Positions 1 to 9,111 are shown, counted from the first letter of the stretch. The stretch is DNA of 64,000 nucleotides from an uncultured Gammaproteobacteria bacterium (GCA_964650355.1 CAZYTL010000004.1:3912-67911), one strand, 5' to 3'. Numbers and translations: made by a program. Notes: generated by a model from the sequence alone, not told the origin.

Positions 1-1
1 G

Positions 2-136
2 CTTGATCAGTACCTGCAAGATAAAGGATTACTTCGGCACGAAACAAAAGATAATGAATTTGAAGACTGGTACAGCAAATATAGCTTAAATGTTGCTCCC
101 AGCCCAAGTCCAAGCAATAGTTTAGGTATAATATAA
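2..136 (+). CDS. 3' end of an upstream gene (partial; ...NVAPSPSPSNSLGII*)
   Basis: Open frame from the window edge to a stop at 134-136, only 4 nt before the ATG at 141, suggesting an operon with the next gene. Same AT-rich composition. Confidence 0.25.
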   Translation, partial: LDQYLQDKGLLRHETKDNEFEDWYSKYSLNVAPSPSPSNSLGII

Positions 137-140
137 AACT

Positions 141-1475
141 ATGAATAAAAATAATATTAACCAATATATTAATGAGTTGGATACTCTGGAGAAAGTAAAC
201 CCCTCACTCTACGAAAGTCAAATTCTCATGATACTTAGTCATCCGAGGAAATTTCATAGCGAGAGTGATCATTTTGCAGAACATGTATACAAATTCCTGG
301 TTAAACTTAGAAAAAACAAAGTTAACATTTACGATAAGCTTGGCGACTGGACAATAGTGGAATGCATTAGAACGGGTGAATACTTCATTGATAATAAACA
401 GTATCAAAAAGCATGGCAATTTGTTGATGTTTTTAAAAATTACCCCCCCTCTGAATTATATAAGAGACTTGAAAAGCTAGACGAAGAAGTAATGAGAGGT
501 GACCCAAATGCAACTACGAAAATAGCCACACCGTTAGCCCACTTGGCCTGGTTTGTCCAAAGGTTAATTATTGAAAGCCATAGCGACGATAGAAAAAATT
601 TAATCAAGGGATTTGAGATCACAAAAAATTTCTTAGACAACCTTGAAAACTATTATTTGATTTCTCAGTGGTTAGTGCCTTTAATAGAAATTTCTAAACG
701 TAGACTCTGGCTTCTAATAGAAGATCAAGAGAATAACAAGACCCACTATTATCATGAACTAAAGATACTCTTCTTTAATAAAGATAAAGGTATTATCGCA
801 CGATATTCAGACAATATAACTTTGTCAAATCTGATTATCCATTCTTTGAATTATATAAGAGAGCTAAAGACCTCAGAAGTGAAGTATATTTTGACCGAAC
901 TCGACAAGGCCCCAGATTATGAAGTGCTATTGATTTACTTCGCAATATTTAGAGAGAGTCACTATAATTTAAATACCAGGGATAAAGAACACTTGAAGGT
1001 AGTAAAAATGTTACTGAAAAATGGCAAAACAACTTTAGATTATGATCCTTCCTTTGCAAAAACTAGATTAACAAACCTACTTAAAGATGAAAGTCATGAA
1101 TCTGAAAAATATCAAGGAAGGGTGGCTTGGAATTTTTATCACCTACTTAAAGAAGAAACAGAACACTATTCCAAAATCGAACCTTATGTTGATCTGTTAT
1201 TTAAATTACCCTTCAAAAGACATGTCGTAATTAACTTGAGAATGTTATTATCCGTTTTCCCTTACAAAAATTATTCTGAACAGTTTATAAACTACACCAA
1301 AATCTTATTGCATACGATGGTTAAAAATCCCAAAAAGATACAAAAATATTATCTTTATCGTTGGTATCAAAAAGATGAATTACTTGAAAAAATCCGTGAA
1401 GTGGCAGACAGTAAACAGTTAGCCGCGATTGAAGATAAGTTCATGACTTTGGAGAGCTACTCTAATCGTAAATAG
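141..1475 (+). CDS. hypothetical protein, 444 aa, predicted all-alpha, no recognisable catalytic motif
   Basis: Long ORF in the AT-rich segment with protein-like K/E/L/N-rich composition. No signal peptide or TM segment. Confidence 0.6.
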   Translation: MNKNNINQYINELDTLEKVNPSLYESQILMILSHPRKFHSESDHFAEHVYKFLVKLRKNKVNIYDKLGDWTIVECIRTGEYFIDNKQYQKAWQFVDVFKNYPPSELYKRLEKLDEEVMRGDPNATTKIATPLAHLAWFVQRLIIESHSDDRKNLIKGFEITKNFLDNLENYYLISQWLVPLIEISKRRLWLLIEDQENNKTHYYHELKILFFNKDKGIIARYSDNITLSNLIIHSLNYIRELKTSEVKYILTELDKAPDYEVLLIYFAIFRESHYNLNTRDKEHLKVVKMLLKNGKTTLDYDPSFAKTRLTNLLKDESHESEKYQGRVAWNFYHLLKEETEHYSKIEPYVDLLFKLPFKRHVVINLRMLLSVFPYKNYSEQFINYTKILLHTMVKNPKKIQKYYLYRWYQKDELLEKIREVADSKQLAAIEDKFMTLESYSNRK

Positions 1476-1654
1476 TATACCCGTTGAATGCTGAAGCCAT
1501 CGCACCGACTTTACTTTTCTTCTTAACTCATCTCTTTTGACAATTACTCTGTTTTTTCTAAAGTCTGGGATCCGAAAACTAAACTTAAAGTACAAGTGCT
1601 TTTCTGTTAAACGACTATCCTTACTGAAAGGCAAATGAAAACACTTTAACTACA

Positions 1655-2110
1655 TCAAATTGAACCGCAGACCTCTTCTAATAAGACGATTGCGTCTTCG
1701 AATTGCGGAAAAGCTGCCATCTCACGTCTGTCCGGATATCTAATTCCTCCCTCTTCCATTAAGTGTTCTCCACAATGATCAGTTAGAAATATCAAATTAC
1801 TATCTTTAAACCTTTCATCACCAAATTTCAGACACTCTTCTCTAATTCTTTTGAGATTGTGACCAAATTTTTTAACATTTTTGGGCAAAACTCCCTTTGA
1901 AATTAAATAACCTTTCATAAAAAGTTCACCCGTTAATCCGGTTAAATAAGGCACTGCCCTGATTGCATTTATTTTCAGCTCTGGATCTTCCCATCTATAT
2001 AGTACTTTTCCATCTTCCCTACGGATTATTGAAGTGGTTGAAGCATAAGCGTACGCCTTCATAAACCACATTTTAGGATCCTTTAATCTTTTTTTGTCTA
2101 TATATTTCAT
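1655..2110 (-). CDS. HEPN-like domain protein (putative)
   Basis: 151 aa. Central ...KGYLISKGVLPKNVKKFGHNLKRI... and C-terminal ...GGIRYPDRREMAAFPQFEDAIVLLEEV resemble the HEPN (PF05168-type) helix pattern with its conserved RYP[DE] motif. Confidence 0.5.
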   Translation of the reverse strand: MKYIDKKRLKDPKMWFMKAYAYASTTSIIRREDGKVLYRWEDPELKINAIRAVPYLTGLTGELFMKGYLISKGVLPKNVKKFGHNLKRIREECLKFGDERFKDSNLIFLTDHCGEHLMEEGGIRYPDRREMAAFPQFEDAIVLLEEVCGSI

Positions 2111-2201
2111 GAAGCTATTTTACCATTTTCATAAAGCACTTTACTTCGAATTTAGCCACATAAAACAAGCAGGTTCAGCATCATAGAAGAGTTAACAATC
2201 C

Positions 2202-3095
2202 TTAGCTTGTTCGACTCTCTTCGATGTCTCTCCATTGGTCAAAAGACTCAGGATCTACGTAAGCAAGAATTTCTTTGCCCAAGTCAGTCAAAACGCACCA
2301 GACATTGTTTGCCGTTTCTTCAACGGCGCCCGGACCCTTCGAATCTTTTGCTCCAGGAATTACGCTCTTAATGAGATCTAATCTCAAAAGCTCCCCAATC
2401 GCATAAGACATCCTACGTGTCATCATAGGATTGACAATTTTTTTGCCATTAGCATAAGCTATTGCAAATGTCTCCACCCAATCCGAGGTGATTACACCTC
2501 TATCCGATTGATATCGACCGAGATTATATGTTGGCCATTGGGGGCAATCGGCAAGAATTATCAAAGCTTGAGGTGAAAGTCTAGCAATTAAATCAATTGC
2601 GTATTTATGTTCTTCAAATAATTGTTGAAATTCCGTATTTACAACTTTTCTCAAAATCCTAGATAGCATTTTTATATAATATAAATTTGGCGTATTGTCA
2701 CCGAGTATCGCAATTATCTTCCCATACAGCATCGAGCCATATGGGTCAGAAATAAAATCTTCAATCTTTCTAACTTCCTCTTCTAAGTTGTCAGTTTTTT
2801 TAAGATACTCTGTAAATAAATACTCTTTCTTCTTTTCTCGTATACCTTTCTCTACCTCGTCGCCAAAATTAATGATCTTTAACACTATTTTTCCAACAGG
2901 TCCTGTAGAATCGGCGACAACCTCACCAACACCTTCTTTAATTACTTCATCAACTACTTCTTCTTTATCCTCTATCCCTAGGCTGACCGATGCAAGCCTC
3001 TTTTCGAACTCATTAAATTCTAAACCTGCTTGTTCAGCGTTTGTTAACTTTGCTTGTTTAGGCAATTCTATCTTATCATCGTCATTTATATCCAT
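2202..3095 (-). CDS. hypothetical protein, 297 aa, located upstream of the HEPN-like gene
   Basis: Clean ORF on the same strand, 90 nt upstream of the HEPN gene. No nucleotidyltransferase (GS..D.D) motif visible, so it is not a classical MNT partner. Confidence 0.55.
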   Translation of the reverse strand: MDINDDDKIELPKQAKLTNAEQAGLEFNEFEKRLASVSLGIEDKEEVVDEVIKEGVGEVVADSTGPVGKIVLKIINFGDEVEKGIREKKKEYLFTEYLKKTDNLEEEVRKIEDFISDPYGSMLYGKIIAILGDNTPNLYYIKMLSRILRKVVNTEFQQLFEEHKYAIDLIARLSPQALIILADCPQWPTYNLGRYQSDRGVITSDWVETFAIAYANGKKIVNPMMTRRMSYAIGELLRLDLIKSVIPGAKDSKGPGAVEETANNVWCVLTDLGKEILAYVDPESFDQWRDIEESRTS

Positions 3096-3161
3096 AAAAA
3101 AATCCTCCCACTTTATCAGTTTAGGAGGATAGTTGAAGTTAATCTATTATAACACTTCTTT

Positions 3162-3473
3162 CTACAGTGCCAGTTTGGTTTTTCCTTCTGTATAGCTATT
3201 GATTAACAAATTGATTAGAGTCTGGTATGGGATATTGTTTTGGGCCGCTTTTACCTTTAACTTAATTAAATCTTTTTTCTTTACCCTTAAAGTAACACTT
3301 TTGCTTTCTTGTAGTTCGATGTGTTTCTTTGCCGCTTCTTCTAAAAGTTTTTTGGTCTCTTTAAAATTAGGATCACTGACAAATTCACCCTTATCTAAAA
3401 AGTCTTTTAGCTCTTCCTCATATTTGTCTAAGGGTGTTTCAGATAGTTGCTTAGGGTTAATTTTTTTATTCAT
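3162..3473 (-). CDS. brnA: BrnA-like ribbon-helix-helix antitoxin
   Basis: 103 aa. ...KSVTLRVKKKDLIKLKVKAAQNNIPYQTLINLLINSY matches the BrnA pattern (V-T-L-R-L...G-x-x-YQT-x-IN). Sits 7 nt downstream of the toxin gene. Confidence 0.65.
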   Translation of the reverse strand: MNKKINPKQLSETPLDKYEEELKDFLDKGEFVSDPNFKETKKLLEEAAKKHIELQESKSVTLRVKKKDLIKLKVKAAQNNIPYQTLINLLINSYTEGKTKLAL

Positions 3474-3480
3474 AAGTAAA

Positions 3481-3765
3481 TTATTTTATATAAATCTTCT
3501 TTAATTTTCTGCTAGGATAAAATGTCTTTAGAAATATTACTTTTCTTTGATTATCTATCACGTATGGGACGGCGTAAATCTCCAATTTGATTTTAACGAT
3601 AAAAATTCTTTGGTTAGGATATTTTTTCTTGTTAAAATGATCTATATCATCTAATAAATTTCCCTCTTTAATCGAAACTATTATGTCTTCAAAACTAACT
3701 CCTCTCACTTCTTTAAGGATTTCGTCTTTTTCTTGTGAGTAGTCATATTTAAAAGGCATAAACAT
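3481..3765 (-). CDS. brnT: BrnT-like (DUF497) ribonuclease toxin
   Basis: 94 aa. FKYDYSQEK...RGVSFEDI and ...RIFIVKIKLEIYAVPYVIDNQRKVIFLKTFYPSRKLKKIY parallel BrnT (FEWD..K...HGV.F.EA ... R.I..G......VVV.T.RG...RIISARKA...E...Y). Toxin-first order is as in brnTA. Confidence 0.65.
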   Translation of the reverse strand: MFMPFKYDYSQEKDEILKEVRGVSFEDIIVSIKEGNLLDDIDHFNKKKYPNQRIFIVKIKLEIYAVPYVIDNQRKVIFLKTFYPSRKLKKIYIK

Positions 3766-3888
3766 ATTATATTACTTGTAAATACGTTGTCAATACATAA
3801 CCACTTACACCATCTCGGAGTAGACCCGTCGGGAGTTTGACAACAGACAAGACCAAAAATACGTTTTTCAGTTCCGAATCATCTTCCC

Positions 3889-4569
3889 TTACTCCTTCGC
3901 AAAGTGACTTTCGCGGTAAATCCGGTTAGCCGGAATCCCTTGACTAGTCAGAATTTTAGTCGCTTGCTGGATCATTTGTCCTCCTCCGCATAAATAAGCA
4001 GCCAGTTGGCTGGCATCCGGAAAATCACCCCTAAGCCTATCCAGATTTTCTGATGTCTTACCGGAAACAAAAGAAAAATTGGCATATTTGGCTGACATTT
4101 CAGCAAAGAAGTCCTGGAGAAACAATTCTGCTCCCGAAACCACGCCATAGTACAGTTTGAGCGGCCGAGAATCTTTTAACTGCCACGTCAGTTGCTCCAG
4201 AATGGCTTTCACTGGACCGATCCCCGCACCATTAGTAAAGAAAATTAACTGCTGAGCCTCGTCATCAGGCCGATAAAAGAAGTTCCCCACCGGCCCCTTG
4301 AATTTGATTTCGTCCCCCACTCTCAACTGATCAATAAAATATGATCCTTCGTACCCGATCCCGATATTGGCAATAATTTCAAACTCATTTTCCTTCGGCA
4401 ATGTCGACATCGAATAGTCTTTTATCAGCTTATCCCCAATCTGCACCGCAATGAATTGGCCGGGTTTGAAGTCAAATTTTTCCTGATCAGGAATGCGAAA
4501 TTTCAGCACATGGAAAGTTCCAAACGGATTATGATGTTCTGTAACCACCGCAGTTTGTAAATCAAGCAT
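3889..4569 (-). CDS. FNR-like oxidoreductase FAD/NAD(P)-binding protein (ferredoxin-NADP reductase family)
   Basis: FAD-binding beta-barrel (...FKPGQFIAVQI...) followed by an NAD-binding Rossmann half (...LIFFTNGAGIGPVKAIL...) and a terminal Cys-Gly-Gly segment. Confidence 0.7.
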   Translation of the reverse strand: MLDLQTAVVTEHHNPFGTFHVLKFRIPDQEKFDFKPGQFIAVQIGDKLIKDYSMSTLPKENEFEIIANIGIGYEGSYFIDQLRVGDEIKFKGPVGNFFYRPDDEAQQLIFFTNGAGIGPVKAILEQLTWQLKDSRPLKLYYGVVSGAELFLQDFFAEMSAKYANFSFVSGKTSENLDRLRGDFPDASQLAAYLCGGGQMIQQATKILTSQGIPANRIYRESHFAKE

Positions 4570-4649
4570 GGATTTAGTTTATACCAAAGTCAAAAATTTT
4601 AAAAATCAACTCTATTTCTCTATTTTCCCACCATGCCCGATGCCCCGCT

Positions 4650-5063
4650 TTGAAATTTACCTTTACCAAAGGCACTCGCAGTTGTACGATTACCCATATG
4701 AAACATCGGCAATTTACGACCAAAAAACCAGTGATTTTCGCCGCCATGAGCAAAAGGAGTTTCTTCCTTCGGGAACACATTATCCGGTTTATTCTAAACA
4801 AAGACTTTACTCCTACCTGCGCCTTTATGATGTATTCGTACTTTCTCCTGGATACCGTGGATAGGAAAAAATTGATTAGAGCCAATAACGATTTGATTCG
4901 CAGAAGTGATGAACTATGGGTGTTTGGGGACATTTCAGACGGCGTCAGCGAAGAAATCAAACTGGCCAAACAGCTGAACATGCCTGTGAAGTACCTTGTC
5001 CCCAACAATCATCACCAATCCTTTGTAGAAATTAAAGAATCAGAGGCTCAATTGGAAGTCTAG
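4650..5063 (+). CDS. DUF4406 / nucleoside 2-deoxyribosyltransferase-like protein (start uncertain)
   Basis: C-terminal ...SDELWVFGDISDGVSEEIKLAKQLNMPVKYLV resembles the DUF4406 C-terminal motif. The N-terminal part is poorly protein-like, so the true start may be internal. Confidence 0.35.
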   Translation: MKFTFTKGTRSCTITHMKHRQFTTKKPVIFAAMSKRSFFLREHIIRFILNKDFTPTCAFMMYSYFLLDTVDRKKLIRANNDLIRRSDELWVFGDISDGVSEEIKLAKQLNMPVKYLVPNNHHQSFVEIKESEAQLEV

Positions 5064-5109
5064 GCCAAGTAAGATCTCTCTATTTCCGACCCCGCAATTT
5101 CCTAAAAGC

Positions 5110-5787
5110 TCACCTTACTCCAATCTCAAATGCATCATCCTCCTGAAGTCTGTTAAATATTCTGTCATATAATGCTTCTCTTTCCTGCTCCTTATAAGTC
5201 GGAAACTTAGGATCTAATCTTGCAACCCCTTTAACCAATTGATCTTGGCCGTAGACAGTAACCCCCTTCTTAACTAGAAAGTCCTTCCACCCTCCCTCCA
5301 AATATGAACGCTTCGCGTCCTTGTCTCCCCTTCCAGAACTTATTTCAGAATGAAACCTATCAAACCCAGACATATCTCCATCGTATTCTTCACCAGATAA
5401 GTTACGTGACAAACCATATAAATAACGATACAGATCTCTGTCGGAGACTCTCCCGTCTAAATAAGCATTAATCCTCTTATCTACCTCTTCGCAGAAATAT
5501 TGATAAATTCTCCCCAGATGAAGAGTAACTACCGTCTCCCCAGCGCGTCTCTTCAAATCAACTGCGTTTGCCGGCCTCCAGCGAAAAGCTCGTCTCGGAA
5601 TCGACTGTGAAACATCGACCCTTAAGCCTACTCTACTAAGACCGTCTTCTGAATAACCCAGTTCATCTACTAATAACCTCGAAAGTTTATCCCCATCGAT
5701 AAGCACATTCAAATGGTCATTCTGCCCGACAAGATCAACGCCCAGACTACTCCCGGATTGTTCACCTTTTACGAGCGTTTCCGACAT
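5110..5787 (-). CDS. hypothetical protein, 225 aa
   Basis: Clean ORF with balanced composition. Divergent from the kinase-like gene at 5912. Confidence 0.5.
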   Translation of the reverse strand: MSETLVKGEQSGSSLGVDLVGQNDHLNVLIDGDKLSRLLVDELGYSEDGLSRVGLRVDVSQSIPRRAFRWRPANAVDLKRRAGETVVTLHLGRIYQYFCEEVDKRINAYLDGRVSDRDLYRYLYGLSRNLSGEEYDGDMSGFDRFHSEISSGRGDKDAKRSYLEGGWKDFLVKKGVTVYGQDQLVKGVARLDPKFPTYKEQEREALYDRIFNRLQEDDAFEIGVR

Positions 5788-5911
5788 AAGAAAATTATAG
5801 CAGATCCCTGGGCATCATTAATAAAATAGAAACCTTGGAACATCGTCAGCTTCGAACCACCTCTCCCCATCTTATTCCACCTCTAAAAATCTGCTATAAT
5901 TTTCCCAACAT

Positions 5912-6667
5912 ATGTTAAATCCCAATGATCCGAAACAAACCGTCCCCACTCTCACCCAATCCCAAGCTGATAAACTCATCAAATATTCATTTCAAGGCCA
6001 ACTGTTCCCTCATCATTCCCGCAACAAGAAACGCAAACAAGACCGCCTGATTATCGAAGTTGGCGGCATGCCTAATTCCTATAAAAGTACCCTCATCCTC
6101 AGTAGTGTTGTCAACTTTAGGACCAAATCCATTAGCGCGGGCCGTATCAGAGAAAGACCTTTAGATCTTGATAAACAAAAATACCCCCTTCATTACACCT
6201 TAGGTATCTCTCTCAATGCCATGGTCAAGCTACTGGAAAACAAACAACCTCAACAAGTCACCATTATTGACCGTGGTATCTATGATCGATTAGCCTTTCT
6301 CTATACCTACAAACAACAAGGCAAAATTACCCAGAGAGACTTTCGCATTGCCTCCCAATACCTCATTAATATCTTTGCCCAATACATAGATGCCTTAATC
6401 ATTTGCCACGCTTCTCCCCAAACCTCGTTAGAAAGAGACCATCCCCGTAAACAACCGGCCCCAATCATTAATCAGGAATTCCTCTCCTCCCTCTACCTCG
6501 GCTATCAAAAAACTCTCCCTCTGCTCGCAGACATCAGAGACCAAGTTGGACTAGGTAAAATTCCCTTCCCCGTCATCGAATTGAATAGTAATCTCAAGTG
6601 GCCAAACTATGCCAACAAATTCCTCAAAACCACCGGATACCTTTATCGCGCAAAAATTAACAACTAA
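5912..6667 (+). CDS. P-loop kinase-like protein with deviant Walker A (dNK/NMP-kinase-like fold)
   Basis: LIIEVGGMPNSYKSTL resembles the dNK Walker A (IEGNIGSGKST) but has Y at the Gly position. IIDRGIYDRLAF resembles the dNK ERS motif. Confidence 0.35.
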   Translation: MLNPNDPKQTVPTLTQSQADKLIKYSFQGQLFPHHSRNKKRKQDRLIIEVGGMPNSYKSTLILSSVVNFRTKSISAGRIRERPLDLDKQKYPLHYTLGISLNAMVKLLENKQPQQVTIIDRGIYDRLAFLYTYKQQGKITQRDFRIASQYLINIFAQYIDALIICHASPQTSLERDHPRKQPAPIINQEFLSSLYLGYQKTLPLLADIRDQVGLGKIPFPVIELNSNLKWPNYANKFLKTTGYLYRAKINN

Positions 6668-6764
6668 ACTTCGAATATAAAGCCACAGCCAGCCTCCAAT
6701 CACACCCCGTCACCACAATTATTACTTGACACCGCTATCTCCATTTTATTAAGGTGTAACCCAA

Positions 6765-7526
6765 ATGATCTGGGTTTTTGCTAGTGACATTGACAACACT
6801 TTAACCGGAGGAGAAAAGCCGCGCCTTATCGACTTAGCAAACCGACTCCAAACCGCCCGCCAGCAACACCAACTGTTCCTCATCCTTTCTACCGGCCGCC
6901 GCCTGGACGAAGTCATCCCCGGCTTCAGCCAAGAAAGTATTCCCATCCCTGACGCCATCATCTCCCAAGTAGGCACCGAAGTCTATCTGCCCCCTTTCAA
7001 ACTCCACCAACACCCTCTACCGTCCTGGGACCACTTTCTTCACCAAAAGTACCAAAGATCAACTGCTAAAAAATTCATCACCCACATTCCCGGCCTGGAA
7101 ATCCAACCTGACCGCTACAACACCCCCCTCAAACTCAGCGTCTATTTGGACAAAGCTCCTGATCCGGACCAGGCCGCCCGCCATATCAAACAAAAAGTCA
7201 AAGCCTCAGGTGAAACCGACTACCAGGTCGTCTGGTCCAGCACTCGGGACTTGGATATCATCCCCCGCCAGGCCGGCAAAGCCAAAGCCATCAAATACCT
7301 CATCAAACACCTGCAAATCAAGCCTAAAAAAGTCGTCGTGGCCGGCGATAGTGGCAACGACACCTCCATGTTCAAGGCCTTTGCCTACGGCATCGCGGTG
7401 GCCAACTCTAAACCCGAACTCAAACACTTTCTCAAACAAAAGGGTAAAAAAACGCACTATCTTGCCCACAAACCTTATGCCCAAGGCGTCCTAGAAGGAC
7501 TCCGCCATTTCCACCTCTTACCATGA
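6765..7526 (+). CDS. HAD-IIB hydrolase, sucrose-phosphate phosphatase (S6PP)-like
   Basis: N-terminal DxD motif (VFASDIDNTLTG), LILSTGRR, and C-terminal VVVAGDSGNDTSMF (HAD motif IV). Confidence 0.7.
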   Translation: MIWVFASDIDNTLTGGEKPRLIDLANRLQTARQQHQLFLILSTGRRLDEVIPGFSQESIPIPDAIISQVGTEVYLPPFKLHQHPLPSWDHFLHQKYQRSTAKKFITHIPGLEIQPDRYNTPLKLSVYLDKAPDPDQAARHIKQKVKASGETDYQVVWSSTRDLDIIPRQAGKAKAIKYLIKHLQIKPKKVVVAGDSGNDTSMFKAFAYGIAVANSKPELKHFLKQKGKKTHYLAHKPYAQGVLEGLRHFHLLP

Positions 7527-8755
7527 CCGATACCCAACTCCAAACCGGCTACCAAAAAGCCCTCGACCTCATCAAACAATCCGCCACCGAACACGGCTTT
7601 GTCGCTTCCATCACCGAAAGAGATAACTACAAACGCATCTGGGGACGAGACGGCGCCATCATCAGCCTGGCCGCATTGCTCACTAACGACCATACTCTCC
7701 ATCAGGCCTGCTTAAAAACCCTCAGAACCCTCATGCACTACCAGGGCCCTCACGGTGAAATCCCCAGCAACGTTGACCCCATCCAGGGCAGAGTCAGCTA
7801 CGGCGGCACTGCCGGCCGAGTCGATGCCAGCCTCTGGTTCCTTATCGGCTGCTATTGCTATTGGAAAAAATTTCATGACCAAGACTTCATCGAAGAGTTC
7901 CTTCCCAGCATCAAACGGGTCCAGTTTCTTCTCGGTGCTTGGGAGTATAACCACAAAGGCCTCATCTACGTTCCCGAAACCGGCGACTGGTCAGACGAAT
8001 ACATCCAACACGGCTACGTCCTCTACGACCAACTTCTTTACTGGCGAGCGCTTTCAGGACTCTATCAAATCTACCTCACTATCTACAGAAAACCCGACCA
8101 TATCTTAAAAGATAAAATCGGTCGCCTCAAAACCCTGATTACCAATAACTACTGGTTTTATAACTGCGAACTGGACGAAACCAAAGCCTACCACGCCATC
8201 ATCTATCAAAAAGCCAAGGATACGGCCAAGAAAAAAGGGCCCTACTGGATGAGCCACTTTTCCCCCAGCGGCTACGGCTATCGCTTCGACTCCCTAGCCA
8301 ATTCTCTCGTCGGCCTTCTCGACATCGCCGATCCCCAAAGAGCCGCCCGCACTGACCAATACATCCAGACCCATATCATCTCTAAAAAACTCATGGTCCT
8401 GCCGGCTTTTTCCCCGATAATCAACGAAATTGATGAAGACTGGAAACGCCTACAAACCACCTTCTCTTTCACCTTCAGAAACAAACCTTATGAATACCAC
8501 AACGGAGGACTTTGGCCCATGATCAACGGATTCTATGTGGCTAGTTTGGCCAAAAGAAAAAGACCCACCCTCGCCCGGCAATACCTGGAAGCCATCCACC
8601 AAGCCAATCGCATGAGTACCAATAACTCAGACTGGGGGTTCTACGAATTCATCAACGGCCAAACCTTCAAACCCGGCGGCACCCAATACCAAGGCTGGAG
8701 CGCCGCCGCCGCCATCATCGGCCACTTCGCCCTCAAGGGCCAATTCATCCTCTAA
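7523..8755 (+). CDS. six-hairpin (alpha/alpha)6 glycoside hydrolase, GH100 neutral-invertase-like or GDE_C-like
   Basis: RIWGRDGAIISLAALL and TGDWSDEY motifs are typical of (alpha/alpha)6 glycosidases. Its start overlaps the stop of the S6PP-like gene by 4 nt. Confidence 0.5.
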   Translation: MTDTQLQTGYQKALDLIKQSATEHGFVASITERDNYKRIWGRDGAIISLAALLTNDHTLHQACLKTLRTLMHYQGPHGEIPSNVDPIQGRVSYGGTAGRVDASLWFLIGCYCYWKKFHDQDFIEEFLPSIKRVQFLLGAWEYNHKGLIYVPETGDWSDEYIQHGYVLYDQLLYWRALSGLYQIYLTIYRKPDHILKDKIGRLKTLITNNYWFYNCELDETKAYHAIIYQKAKDTAKKKGPYWMSHFSPSGYGYRFDSLANSLVGLLDIADPQRAARTDQYIQTHIISKKLMVLPAFSPIINEIDEDWKRLQTTFSFTFRNKPYEYHNGGLWPMINGFYVASLAKRKRPTLARQYLEAIHQANRMSTNNSDWGFYEFINGQTFKPGGTQYQGWSAAAAIIGHFALKGQFIL

Positions 8756-8811
8756 GAACCAATCCCAGCTATTCCCATCAATCAACCACTTAAAACCCTT
8801 CAGTCCTCTGG

Positions 8812-9111
8812 CTACATCGACGCCACCTTTACCTCCACCTTACCGACTCGCTTTTCCAAAGCATCAAACTCTTCCTTAGTTGACGTATCATCCTCAAGAT
8901 AGGCTAATTGGGAACCCAACCTATCTATCCGCTTAGTAAGATTCTTCTCAACTCTATCTAACTTCCTATCAACGCCATTAATTTTTCCCTCAAGCTTGTC
9001 CTCAAGTTTATCGATCTTTCTCAACAACTCATCCTTGAGGGCACTTTGTCCATTAATAATCATTCGCAGCATCTTCTTTGTGTCATCCATCCCGTCCAGT
9101 ATACACGCCAA
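8812..9111 (-). CDS. coiled-coil protein, 99 aa
   Basis: Heptad-like repeats KIDKLEDKLEGKINGVDRKLDRVEKNLTKRIDRL. Confidence 0.45.
   Translation of the reverse strand: MACILDGMDDTKKMLRMIINGQSALKDELLRKIDKLEDKLEGKINGVDRKLDRVEKNLTKRIDRLGSQLAYLEDDTSTKEEFDALEKRVGKVEVKVASM

Noticed and set aside
2695-3132. 145-aa plus-strand ORF (Ser/Ile/Phe-rich) antisense to the 297-aa gene. Similar low-complexity antisense ORFs occur at 3199..3504, 7210..7494, 7755..8108, 46375..46749, 46873..47082, 54757..55104 and 62606..62853.
   Set aside because: They show low-complexity S/P/T/F-rich composition with no motifs and fully overlap better-supported genes on the other strand. They are compositional artefacts of GC-skewed codon position 3.
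4568-5008. ORFs 4568..4864 (+) and 4574..5008 (-) overlapping the DUF4406-like gene.
   Set aside because: Non-protein-like composition. They are alternative-frame and antisense artefacts.
5820-5870. tRNA-like T-arm resemblance (ggttcgaagctgacg on the minus strand).
   Set aside because: No acceptor stem, D-arm or anticodon arm can be formed. I judged this a chance match.
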